From Lingula anatina (lineage: Eukaryota > Animalia > Brachiopoda), in NCBI GenBank assembly GCA_051362555.1, contig CM120644.1, positions 256,954-320,953 on the forward strand: DNA of 64,000 bases, in the 5' to 3' direction. Positions 1 to 12,266 of the stretch are shown here, piece by piece; position 1 is the stretch's first letter; each line of letters opens with the position of its first letter. The position numbers and the translations under genes are program-made. The notes beneath the pieces were generated by a model that saw only the letters and a list, made by a program, of their open reading frames with translations, made no database searches and had not been told where the DNA came from.

Positions 1-174
1 CTAACATTGCATAGGTTAAAGCGCTAGTTTACCCTGTTTGCATATTTTCTCATTTAACTGTTCAGTTACAGCTTACACACCAAAGCATATTACAGTGAAT
101 CAAAAAAGGTAAGATGTGTGCAATTCTGACAGATACATGTATATATGCATGTAGCAAATTGTAATAGAAACTAA

Positions 175-1182
175 AGCCTCGGTCATAACTGGACGTACGG
201 GCTGCTACGTGTGGTCTACGGCTAAAAAGATAGGGAAAACGTAGGAGTTCGTGCGTGAGGAGCACGTCCATCGTGCGACTTTTGAAGGACGCAAACAGCA
301 CGTAGACACTTTTCGACATGATCAACAGCCGCTACGTGCGATCTAGCTACGTCCTAGCCGGACGCAAGGAACCTAAAAACCGTGCGTCCAAAACGTAGTT
401 GGGACCTAGGCTAAAGGAAGAGGAAAGATTGCAACGGAAAGGCACAAGTATGCCTTGCGAGTCGTAAAGCTAATTGCAAGGTGCTATAACTGTGGAAATT
501 GTAATTTCTTCAGTTTATATTGCTACTTGCGCACGTGGCACGCACTCACAACTTATGAAGAAAATGCAACGCACGACGAAAGTAGTTCCCTAGCTTTTGT
601 GTAACTTTTGCCTCACACTCTTGTGATGACCTACTGACGGCGTACGTCAATTTTGCCGCCTGTTCTCTCCTTCTTTCCTCTTCCTCCTCCCTTCTTTTCT
701 GCCTTTTAAGCTTTTTTCCTTTGCCTTTTGGAGGCATATTAGGAGCCGAATTGAGCAAAATTCAAATTGTTGTACACGGTCGACATTAATTGTCGAGACA
801 CAAGCATGCGTCGTCAGCACGCCTTTTATACTCCTTGCGTGGGGGTATCGCTCGTGCGACGCACTCCCAACGTTCTTTCGACTTTGTTCGTTTGCTGTGA
901 GGGGGTGCGCCGTGCTCAACACGCAAAGGACACTTGCTCCTTCATTGTTTGCGACGTCTGTCTTGGACCATGCACGACTCACTTGCGAACTCCTTGCGAG
1001 GGGAGCACGTTACGCTTGCAGCCTCGGCGTTCTTAGATTATTCGTAGAATCTTTTGGATATGTCCAATGTCCTCCGTACGTACTCACGGTATGTCTGCGA
1101 ACTCCAAATTTCGCAAGATACTGCACAAAATTTGGACGCAAACAGGCCTTAAGAGCCCGTTTGGCCGGTTGTGACCGAGGCT
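175..1182. mobile_element. Non-autonomous PIF/Harbinger-like DNA transposon (~1.0 kb)
   Basis: Imperfect ~29-bp TIRs (agcctcggtcataactggacgtacgggct at 175; agcccgtttggccggttgtgaccgaggct ending 1182), flanked by TAA at 172-174 and 1183-1185. A related copy lies at ~34290-35093. Confidence 0.8.
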
Positions 1183-1741
1183 TAAAGTGGAAGAATTGCG
1201 CAAAGTGTGTGTGTCAAGATTACAATGTAGAACCGAGATCGATAAATGACAATAATTTGAATGATCCTTTTTTAATTCAATTATATACGATTTATATAGT
1301 GGTTCAATGTTTATGGAACAACATATCAACCATACATTTGGTCCCACAACATACTTTCTTATGGAAATTATCTCTTTACTTTTGGTATGTTTTGAATAAA
1401 AGAGAATGCAATACTATGACTTTGCCAAATTGGGATATTTTGACTGTCTTTCTGATACTGTATATTACCTTAAAATACTATTTAAAACAACTGTAATAAA
1501 ATGGAGAACATCAGCAACTGGTAGTCAGTGCAAAATATCAACGAAGCCGTGGATTTATTCTACCAATTTTGTTGACATATTTATTCGTCCATTAAGGCAT
1601 ATATAATGCCAGATTGAACAATAGAGGTATTTTCCAAATAAAAACTTAAACTGTTGTTATACACAGCACATTTCGGTGTCGTGTTTTTGTATTTTAATGT
1701 TGCTTATTATACTGATTTTCAGCACGTTACTTCAAATTGAC

Positions 1742-3662
1742 ATGATCAATATGAAGATGACCGCATTTCTCGCCATTGTCCTGCTGTTTTCTTTGGGTAA
1801 GGACCTCTGTCAGTATTCATGAATTGATACTAGGGCAACATCCACGTGCATGTGTGAAAATGAAAGTAAACCATATTTCTATTGATTCTTCTTTTTTTAT
1901 AACAAGGAGAGCAAACATGTATGTACACTGTAAAAACAGTGTTTAGCTCCTAAACACATTTCTAAGCGCCTGTTTTGTCTCATTTTTTTGGACGCGTTTA
2001 GCCCCTTAGCACGTTTAGCCTCTTAACTCGTTACACGATTTGACGTATTTGACGCCTAATAAATGAAGGGTGTATTTGTTTAACTTATAAGGCTTTCAAC
2101 TGTTCTAGTCACACACACACACACACGGAGTCACGGTCACCTTCATGTGTTATAGCAAGAAGTTATAATGAGTCTCTTTATAACTTCTTGGTTATAGCTA
2201 TCTATATCTATAACAGGGTACCGTGAACTGTCAACATCCTTCACTTCACACCATTGTCTTTACAGCTGGACTTATTCATCCTTGTGTTAACTGACCTTGC
2301 GAGGAAGTTTGTTGGAATATATAAGTTAGGAAAATTCACTACTTCACTAAAGACACGAAACAACCATCAGTTTTACTTTAAAACATGTTTTCATATTTTG
2401 ATAAAATGCGTTACGGTACTGATGTCTATTTATTATTTTTTTCGGAAGTAATGAACAAAAGAACATCAGGATGATGGTGGCGTATTCATTATAATAGTTT
2501 ATTTAAGCTTTCATCGCATGCTGGTTATTTTGGTAACGATAGTCCGAATATTTTACAAATCGCACCGCTCTAGTTGCCAACTAACCCCAAGCCCATTTTG
2601 GAATTAACCGCTAACTGTAGTTCAACACATTAAATATTTTTTTCCATTCCAAAATGTTATAAAAACGCTTATAAAACTCCACAAAATAACGTTATCATAA
2701 ACTTTTGTAGAAACGGTCTTCGAATCTTTCATCAAGTTATGACGTTACTATGCTTTTTTTTAGCTGGGGCATTATTTTGCATGGAGTTAAAAACACCCAT
2801 AACGTTACCATAATGTTATTCTATACCATCACCATCATGTAATCAGCTGATAACGTCGTGAAAACGTTATTTGTTACTTAATAAGCCTATTTTGAATAAT
2901 CACACGTTACTGCAAGGAAGGACACAAAGCGTTCGAGCAAGCTGCTCCACGCCTCCAACAGCTCCTTACGTTTACAGGGGGAAGTGTTCAGCCAAATTGC
3001 TGAGTCTAATAGTAAACTTGTCATGGGATCGTATATATGGGATCGTGAAGCATTTTTTCTGTAAAAAGCTTGAAAAGCTAAACGTGTTGTTCAGCAGCTC
3101 CACGCGTTTAGAAGTTCCACACCTATAGCAGCTCCATATGTTTAGCAGCCTCACGCACTTAGCAGGGGAAGTGCTTAGCCAATGTGCTTAGCTTGTGACA
3201 GACTTATTATAGAATCATATGCCGTTGAAGCTAAACACATAGCTAAACGTGTAACACTGCCAACGTGTCTAGATTTTTCTTCTGTGAAACGCTTGAAAAG
3301 CTATAGCCTACGTGTTTAGCTTTTACACATATTTCTAAATGCCTATAGGTGCCTAACGTGTGTTGTATGTATTTAAATGCTAAACACTGTTTTTACAGTG
3401 TAGCATGTGCAGATAGTGAACAAGAAAATTAATTTCCTTTTTTGTGAGTTTAGTGATGAACAACCATGTTTCTGTTAATATTTCAGTGGTTGACGAAGCA
3501 AATGCTGGGTTTGGCTGTCCACTAAATCAGCAAAAGTGTTTTGATCACTGCAAGAGTCTTCCTGGTTACTGTGGGGGCTACTGCGATGCTTACACTCTCT
3601 GGCTAAGATGCACTTGTCACCAGTGCCCAGGGGCCATTGGACCGACAGTGGGGGGACAATAG
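1742..3662 (+). CDS. Defensin precursor, CS-alpha-beta fold, 8-Cys mollusc MGD/Cg-Def type (2 exons)
   Basis: Exon 1 at 1742-1796 encodes signal peptide MINMKMTAFLAIVLLFSL (the ATG at 1751 is an alternative start), then a GTAAG phase-1 donor. Exon 2 at 3487-3662 follows TTTCAG and reads VVDEANA|GFGCPLNQQKCFDHCKSLPGYCGGYCDAYTLWLRCTCHQCPGAIGPTVGGQ. The GFGC start, CxxxC, GGYC and CxC motifs are typical. Confidence 0.93.
1926..3400. mobile_element. Non-autonomous CACTG (CMC/EnSpm-like) DNA transposon filling most of the defensin intron
   Basis: Perfect 22-bp TIR cactgtaaaaacagtgtttagc at 1926 with its reverse complement ending at 3400; TA on both sides; many subterminal gctaaac/gtttagc motifs. 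Confidence 0.78.
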
Positions 3663-5045
3663 GGCCCTGAGGACGCCCTCTGACTATGTGTGATATCCCT
3701 TGTAATATGACGTTTATTTAAATATGAAGACAAATTATTTTGTTGATATTTTTGTAATCACACAACTGAAGAAAGTAAACATGGATAAAAGTGTACGTAT
3801 ATATGTTTTTATTGTTCTTAATAGTTTTGTTTAACATAAATGAAGCTGGGAGAGGAATCATTATCATAAACTGAGACTAGTAACGCAGTTGCCAAAGAAA
3901 TATCCAATGTCTGAATCTCCAAGAATATTTTCCCTCTCATTGAGTAGAACATTTCCAACATAATAATGTTGGATAAATACATTAATGGATCTAAGGGACC
4001 GGTGCCCAGAGTGAAGTACATGAATTGTGAAGAAAGGATGGTGCATGTATCTCTAAACATGACCAAGAATGTTTACGATATAAGTTACACACTTGAAAGT
4101 TTTCTTTGTCATATTGATGTTTCATTATACTGGTAAGCGTTCTTATGATGATTTTGCTCATGTATTATTCACATTCTTTGCCAAGTTTAGAATGAATGAA
4201 CGCCTTCACCTTCATATATTATCCGACAGACATCATTAGTCCCCTAAATGTATTATAACTCAACATTATCGAGTCTGTCTAGCATATATATTTCCATTAA
4301 TTATCTAAACATGCACCCGGTAAACATATACCAGCAGGACATTTAGGCTACTGGTATATTGCCAAATTGCGCCTTCCAAGCTCATAGACCTTGCATCAAC
4401 TACATATATGTATCATCATTCATCCTTCTTTTCCAAAATAAAAAAAAACGAATTAATTACTCAAGCCGTATTTTTCATACACAAAAAAGGGCACCACAAT
4501 CCACATTTCGAACGTTTGGCAGGGTCACGTGACTCATCAGGGAAAAACTGAGTGTCAAGTGTAAGGTGTCATTTCCTCAGCATCTCCGCAAGGAAAAAAC
4601 GTCAAATAAATTTCTCTGTAGCACGTATGAATTTATTTCTGTGTTTTTTAATTTATTACATCCATTTTGAACCTGGTAAAAGAAGAGGGGGAGACAGGAC
4701 ACGGAGCCCGACTATACATGTATATTTATGCTTTTTTGAAACCGTGCCTTCCAATTAACCAATTGAGGATGAACGTTACCATGGAAACCAGCTGTCTAGA
4801 ACGTCAACAGCGTCCTATTTCACCATGTCTTACTTGGCCATCGGAGGATCCCAGGGGTGCGTAGAAGATCACCATCACTTACAGCTTCGACCAAGCTCAG
4901 TGGAATTATCAGAAGAATGTCAAACTATATCACCTAACGCCTCTAGTACATCTGCGGAGAAGCAGCGAATGTCTGTGTTTTCATCAAAACTATCCCGTGT
5001 TTATTCGTACTGAAATCTCTGGAGTGAAGGCCGTTAGAGTCACAT

Positions 5046-8000
5046 TTATCCTATGATAGTTTTAGTGGTGTAGTCGTACAGAGGGCAACCTAGCAGGTCT
5101 GCTCGTAGAGTGATATGGTTGTGGAAACTGACTGGATTAATTCTTACGTACCTGGCCACTACAGGGGGGTCAAGATAACGCACCTGGGGGACGAAGGGGT
5201 GCCAGTTACCTTCAAACACCTGGAAATAAGACAAGTAAACTGTAGGGATAGCAGCAAGAACGCTGTAGATCTGACGTCACAAGTACAAGCTGCAGATTAC
5301 CTCTGCTAGTGGAAGGAGTCTTAAGAACGCTGAAATATTTTCATCAGTGTTCATATCAGACTTCAATATTGTATCTTTTCCACCTACCGAAGGCTTCAGT
5401 CTACTCTGGTTATGCTCCAGTCTACTGTGGTGTAGTCGTCTTTTATTTTCTAGACAAATTTGTAGAGGAATCATAAAATAAGGTAACCGCTTGTCCGGAG
5501 CAAAACTGTTTGCACATTGTATAATATAGATAGGGGTGGGCAAATGAAGGCTTTTTTGAGAAATTTAATTTCAGACAAGTGGATTCTATGGCCATTTTGG
5601 CTGCTGAATACAAATCTAATAAGTATTTTCATTTTAAATTACATCTGATATTGGTATCAGGTGATTTTTCAAAATGGCAACCAAACGCTCCCTCAAATCA
5701 CATATTTCTCATGTAAATCTTTAAATATCAGTTCAAACATGGCTTTTTATATGTCTAACCATATGATTTCATGATCAATGAGCATAAATAGATACATCAT
5801 TTTGGTTGGGTCACTTCATTTTGGGTTAAAAAGAGGATTTTTTGTCATTTTGAGGTAAAAATCACCCCAAAATCACCATTTCTGTGTACATAAATACAAA
5901 TGTTTATATACAACTGTGGCTTTTAAATTAGGAAAAACAATAATACAACAAATATGGTCAGTATTGTTCAAGGATCACATGAAACTGAAAAGTTTTGACA
6001 TATAGAATAGCATAATGTTAGTTACATATGGGAATATTTACAGTAGAACACTCAGTAGCAGAGCATTAAGGATATTGTTACTCTTTATTACCATCCAGAT
6101 ACCGAAAATAAGTTTTTTTCCTGCATCTTATTATTCAATAATGTATCTGTCTTTGTGCTGCTTTGAAACAATGAAAAAACTCTTGAAAATATGAAATAAC
6201 GGCGTTTATATTTTTTCGTTGCAATGTATAAGCATAAGCAACTCAAAGCTTTAATCATCTATTTAACAGCTTTCTTTTTTGAGATTAGTTAGCAATGCAT
6301 ATGGGGCTTAACTTCATCCCTGAACAAGATTTTATCACAAGGAATGGCCAATGGACCACAAAGGCATGAGTTACAATCCCATGCCAACGTTATGGTTTAA
6401 ATGCTTTTGTTATGGAGTCATGAGTCCGTAATGACCGATCTTCTAAAAACAAAGGTATTATTTTGCTTTATCAACGATCAAATCTGAACTAAGGCTTTAA
6501 AAAATCGCTGGCAGGGTTTTTGGGTACTAAATGGTGTCATTAAATTGGCTTTGAAATAGTGATCACGGGTGTTCAGGTAAAACAGACATTTGAGAAACCG
6601 ATTTTTCAGTTTTTACCCCCAAACTGCAATTATACCATCACCCGTAAGATGACATGTGTAAATGTTAATTAATGTAATCACTGAACACTGAAAATTTATT
6701 TATCACCGAAAAGAATATATGTAAGGCAGTAAATAAGGAGTTTTGGGTGAACGGTGACAATATCCTTATTGTCTTCATTTATAACCTAGTCACACTAGAG
6801 GCGGAATGAGCTAGAATGTAGTCGGAATAAAAATGTCTTGTTTGTTCCTGGATATTTGAAGTATCTTAAAATTCTAAGCGCATTCTAAATGTTTGGGTCC
6901 ATTCTTGCGTCCTGTTGAAATGTTTTGCTCATTCTCAAAACTTTCAAAGTGCATTCCAAGTGGAAAAATATCGAATGGCATTCAAGTGTATTCTAACTGC
7001 ACTATGAGCGCATTCTTAAAATTCTTACTAAATTCCAACAGCATTCGAAACATTTTGGGAGAACCGAAATGGCAAGGTGCTTCAAATCTTGTCAGAATGT
7101 TCCACATTGTGCCTCCAATGAGCAGGAATGCAACTCGAATGCATCTTGATTGCAGGCTGGGATTCAGCCAACAATGAAACCACACTTGTATGGCATTTGA
7201 AGTGCATTCTAAATATTCTCACTATATTTAGGGTGAACGGCATTAGCATTAACGATATTCCTAATGTGTTCCAACTACATTCGAGCTGCATTTGAGAGCT
7301 ATACAATACAACTGAAATGTGCACGAATCATTCCAGGTGGGTTCGAAGCGCATTCTGACGTATTCTTGCTTGAATTAAGGTCAATTTGATATTACCCAAC
7401 GAATGTGGTGCGAATTTTGAAAATTCTTCATTATGGCTCATTCTGCTTGATTACTTCAGATTCCAAATAAGTGTGACAGGGGGCTTTACAGTGCCTTCTG
7501 GTCTTAGTGTATTTCTTGTTGATGCTTTCATGGTTGTGGTGAGATACTCTTAAACTACACAACTGAAACTAAGTACTATTCCAAGGTCAAAAGCTTAGAG
7601 GTTGTAAGAGGTTGATGTCACCTGACAAAGTTTTACCTGTTCTGAAGAAAAGGAAAATTATACAGCATAAAATTTGTTGGTACACATCCATGAAGGTCTT
7701 TTCAGCATTGTTTTTATACCAAACTGTAATCCATGAATTCAGTATGTACATAATGGCCATTATTTATATTTATCTTAGGCTCGAAGTGTTTATTTTAGGT
7801 ATATGTTTGTTTTAAATAACATATTTTTACAGATGTCACCCTAACAATATTGCCAATGTCTTGAATATGCTCATATTTGAACTCAGCAACCCTCAAAACA
7901 TATAGAAAGACATATTACACATCATTTTTATGTACTTTACTGTGAAAATATGGCCAAAAAGCCATTTCCCGCCTTTTTTCACAAACAAATAGCAGATACC

Positions 8001-9808
8001 AATATAAATCTTTAGCTTTGGTAAAAAATATTGTCAGATTTTTGTTCAGCAGCAAAAATGGCCATAGAATCCACCTGTTTTAAAAAAATTTTGTCATTTG
8101 CCCACCCCTAAATTATAGAGGAGATCGGGGCTCGTTGGTCCCCGGAGTTATTTGGAAAAAGTACATTCGAGTTACAAAAATTGATCTTATAATTTTGTAC
8201 AGAGAGCATATAACACAGTGTCAAAAATTTAAACGTCCATGGAAAAAAATACTTGAGCGTTGAGTCCAAATTGAAGGTTTGAATAAGAAATGTCTAAAGG
8301 CTGTAATCCTTAAAAATTAAATGTGTGCACCTGGCCATGGGCTAGTTGGACCACTTGGCTCGGGGCAAGATGGACCCTGTGCCCTGTTATGATTGCTCAA
8401 TCCAAATTCAAAATTTTGAAGGGAACCTTCAGCAACATCAATATTTTTGCTTCAAATGGACTACAAATTAAGCAAAGATTCTCAAAATCAATTAAATATG
8501 AATAAATGCGTAAAAATACATTTCTGATACATTATTTAAGTATATGGTGCCACCTTGCCCCGACCCTGGGGTCACGTGGCTCACAATTTGACAAAAAAAA
8601 AAAAAAAAAAAAAAAAAATACTCATTCCAGGTGGGCCAACTAGCCACGGTCTCCCCTAGCCTCAATACGTTATATACGGGGACTACCACATTTTACTCTT
8701 GGGTCAAAGAAAATAAAAATTGTATCAAAGTAAAGACCAGCTATTGGGCTGAAGTTCTTGTTGAATAAACCCAGCACCAGACTGGAAAGACGCACCACTT
8801 CCTGACCGTGGCTCCCTCTATACACTATCAAGTTGTTCACGTCGTTGCCATAGTAGATACGATAAGCGGTAACAAACTGGTACTCCGCCATACTACTTCC
8901 CCAGCCTTCTCTGCCCAGGGTGATAACACTGGTGATCTGAAGTGAAATAGACACATCTCGTGTAGTGGGTGATGTCTGCCCAGACTGATAACACTGGTGA
9001 TCTGAAGTGAAATAGACACATCTCGTGTAGTGGGTGATGTCTGCCCAGAGTGATAACACTTGTGATCTGAAGTGAAATAGACACATCTCATGTAGTGGGT
9101 AATGTCTGCCCAGAGTGATAACACTGGTGATCTGAAGTAGAATAGACACATCTAGTGTAGTGGGTGACGGACAGACACATGACAAACAGACGGACAGACA
9201 GACAGACAGATGGATGGATGGATGTATCTAACGGTGTCAGGATTTCCCTCAATTCTGTAATGAATATCATACTGTGAATGAACAGTTGTGAAAAACTTTG
9301 CCTTTAATCAAAATGTATCTCCAGGTAAAGGTGGGTTAAACAGATATCTCACTCATTCAGGTATCCCTTTGGTGAACTAACCGAAATTTTAATTGTTTAA
9401 CCCCCCCCCCTCCCCATTTAGTCACATTGCCTGGCTTTAATCAAGGTGCATCCCCAGAGACGACACATGGCCACCTATCAGCAGCTACATTTGCATACAG
9501 AAGTGAATCCAGCTTACCAATCTTGGGAATTCTAAATTAAATTGCAGCCATTCCTGGCCGCCTCCACTGTAGGCACTCCACCCACCATTACCATTATCAT
9601 CAGACACCAGGTGTATCCGTGCTTGCCGTGGAAGGTGCTTGTACCACCAACTGTCGATGTTAAAGTACGAAGACGCTGTTATAACGCTGTCTGGGATGGG
9701 GTACTTGCCGGACACCAAGATGTCCGAACACTGCCCAGACTGACCAGTGTCGGCGGCCCCCAGGGGGATGGCCAGCATTAAGAACGGTAGGAGAACACTA
9801 GGGTACAT
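5046..9808 (-). CDS. Secreted single-domain discoidin / coagulation factor 5/8 type C protein (3 exons)
   Basis: Exons 9808-9518, 8936-8796 and 5219-5046 are joined by phase-0 GT-AG introns. Signal peptide MYPSVLLPFLMLAIPLGA, then F5/8C motifs ITASS, QARI, GGWSA, EWLQFNL, ITSVITLGR, FVTAYRIYY, VFEGN, ARYVRINP, LRADLLGC. Confidence 0.9.
5531..8110. mobile_element. Old non-autonomous DNA transposon (TAGGGG termini, possibly hAT-like) in the discoidin intron, probably with a nested insertion at ~6790-7490
   Basis: taggggtgggcaaatga at 5531 and tcatttgcccaccccta ending 8110; the inverted match continues inward (gtggattctatggccatttt..gctgctgaa). No clean TSD seen. Confidence 0.65.
8118..8656. mobile_element. 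TA-flanked MITE (Tc1/mariner/pogo-like)
   Basis: Imperfect TIRs gaggagatcggggctcgttggtccc / gggccaactagccacggtctcccc with TA on each side. Confidence 0.55.
8911..9167 (-). repeat. 65-bp tandem repeat x4 spanning the discoidin exon-2 splice acceptor
   Basis: Units start at 8911, 8976, 9041, 9106; each carries tctatttcacttcag|atcaccagtgttatcac on the minus strand. Confidence 0.9.
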
Positions 9809-11896
9809 TCCTCCAGTCTGCGCCGTCTACCTGTTAACTAGAACACACTGGTCCCCAGCAGTCTGTGACAACAGCTATTGTGCCTGATGTAATATGTTGA
9901 CATTGAAGACATTCAGGGATCAACCCGCCTTGGTGTGACTGATAACCAAGTCAGTTTAAGTAATCAAGACGACATACATAGAGGTTATGTCAACCAACAC
10001 AAGTCACAGGGAGAGGTAGACTGTACCATTATAAACATGGAGAAGAGGAAATGATAGCTTTGATCTAATTATTTTCCTAAAAATATATTTGAGATGAAAA
10101 AATGTGATAAATTAGTGTTGGACTTCATTCATAAAAAGTGAAATTTTACTCAAAACAGCCTGCCATATTTGTAAATTTGTTGTTGCTTTATATCCATTTG
10201 GATAGACATGAACGCTGGTTCATCAGATAACGATTTGGCCTACAGTTACAAAATTAACAGTATTTCTCTGGTTACGTCTCTGTTTTAAGGTCTCTATCCT
10301 CTGGTCATACTCTCTCCTCACGGGGATATCGGCCTGAATTGTTAGGCTGCTTGAACGTGCGATTGCATATAGCAGCACAATGACGTGAAAAAGTGTTTTA
10401 TAAAGCTTCCTTTTGTCCCGCTGTTATCTCGAACTTTCAGGTAAACTCCCGCAGCAGGGACGAGCTGAGACAGTTTACAAAACAGTCTTCACGACCTGCG
10501 TCCGCGCTTTCACCCTGAGTGTCACAGGAACAAGAAGCGTGATGAGACAGAGACCAAAATTTCAAAGCAGCTGTTCAGCCCCTGAGACCAGTGATTTGAC
10601 ATTCTCTGCGGGACCTATACACAGAGATCAATATGGCAAAATAGCGGCTCTAAGGTGAATAAGTTCTAGAAATAGTGCCCTTAATAGGAAACGTCACGTC
10701 ACAAAGTACTATAACGCACAACAATACGTCTCTGTGTGACACTCTGGGCAACACCATGACCAGCTGTACATGTAGGTGTAACAAGGTATTCTGTAGGCTA
10801 ATGTCTACTTAATGTATATCGTAGACTAGACCTTGACAACTCAGGTAAATTGCTTTGAAAACACCAGTACAAATATTACAGAACCGCAGAAAATATTAAG
10901 ACCCTGCATACCTTTGTACAAAATCGTTTATTTACAACTTTGAATACACTGTACAAATAAATGTAACATAAAATGAAAGATTAAATATATTTACAAACTA
11001 TACGTAAAGTTATTTAAAATCAATAGAGAAATCGGTAAACATTTGGCCACGAGTTGGACGGATACATCAAAAAGTACCAGGTGTAAGAAAAATACAGTTT
11101 TTATAGTGAAATCCTGCTGTAAATCAACTATCTTTATAACAGAATATTATTATAATGTGACTTTTCAGTGCTTTCAGTTGAATTTAATTTCATTGAAGTT
11201 TACGAACAAAACTGAGAGAACTAAACAAAATTATTATACTTATAAGTAAGAATAGTTTAGAAAAAGTATTTTGTAATTAGGAAATTGACTGGATCACAAA
11301 GGCATCAAGATTTCTTTAAAAATGCAGTTCAATTTGGATATTCCAGTAGATTTTTAAAAAAGTATTTAACTATGAAATAATACAATAAATCTGGATTTCA
11401 AAGGAGTCATTCATTCATTCACTAATATAAATGCTGTTCTCCAGACAAAAATGACACCAAGTGTTCAATGAATATCTTCACCACACTGTGAACTGATGTC
11501 CTCGGTGTGTCTTAGCAGAGAGAAATCAAAACCATAGGGACATCTATAGGAGAGAGGGACAGCAAGCCCCCCCCCCCCCCCCCCCCCCAATGTCCTGAAG
11601 CCATTAACGCTGAATCTCAGTCACACACCTCCCAGACAAGAATGCCACCCATCTTCAGTTAGCAAGAAATCAGCTTCTGCTGGTCCAACAGAATGAATCC
11701 TCACAATTGGTAGCTGAATATATCCTGGAATTCTCCGTAATCACACCTTCAGATCACTGATCATTTCAATAGGAAATAAAATCTTTTATTTTATTAGATG
11801 GATCTTAAAATCCATGTATAAAAATCTTTCTCACTTCGAAATGAGCCGCAGTTTTCTTCTTTGTTTGTTCTTGAGACCTAGGTATAAAAATCTCCT

Positions 11897-12230
11897 TCAC
11901 TTTAAAATCAGCTCTGGTTTGGTGGTTAGTTTACTCATTGTGTCCACACGACTCTGGATCTTAGAACCCAGTCTGTTATATTTTTTATTCAGGAAAAAGT
12001 CCAACTCCTGCTCTCTTTTTTCTCTGAAATCGAAATTAATAAATAAATGAATAAATAAAGAAATTCATTCATTGATTAAAAGCAATGACATGACTTATAC
12101 CAATGAAACTATGTACTGAAACTGTCTACTCTAAAACAAACAAACAAACAAAAAAAAAAAAAAATGAAATCAAAATTAAAATAGTAACACCTCTGTTCAT
12201 TATTGGACTGAGTGGTTGTGCAGGTTTCAG

Positions 12231-12266
<36 letters not shown>

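Noticed and set aside
546-1496. ORFs in the first 1.5 kb (e.g. MPPKGKGKKLKRQKRR...)
   Set aside because: They lie mostly inside a repeated non-autonomous transposon and show no transposase or Myb motif.
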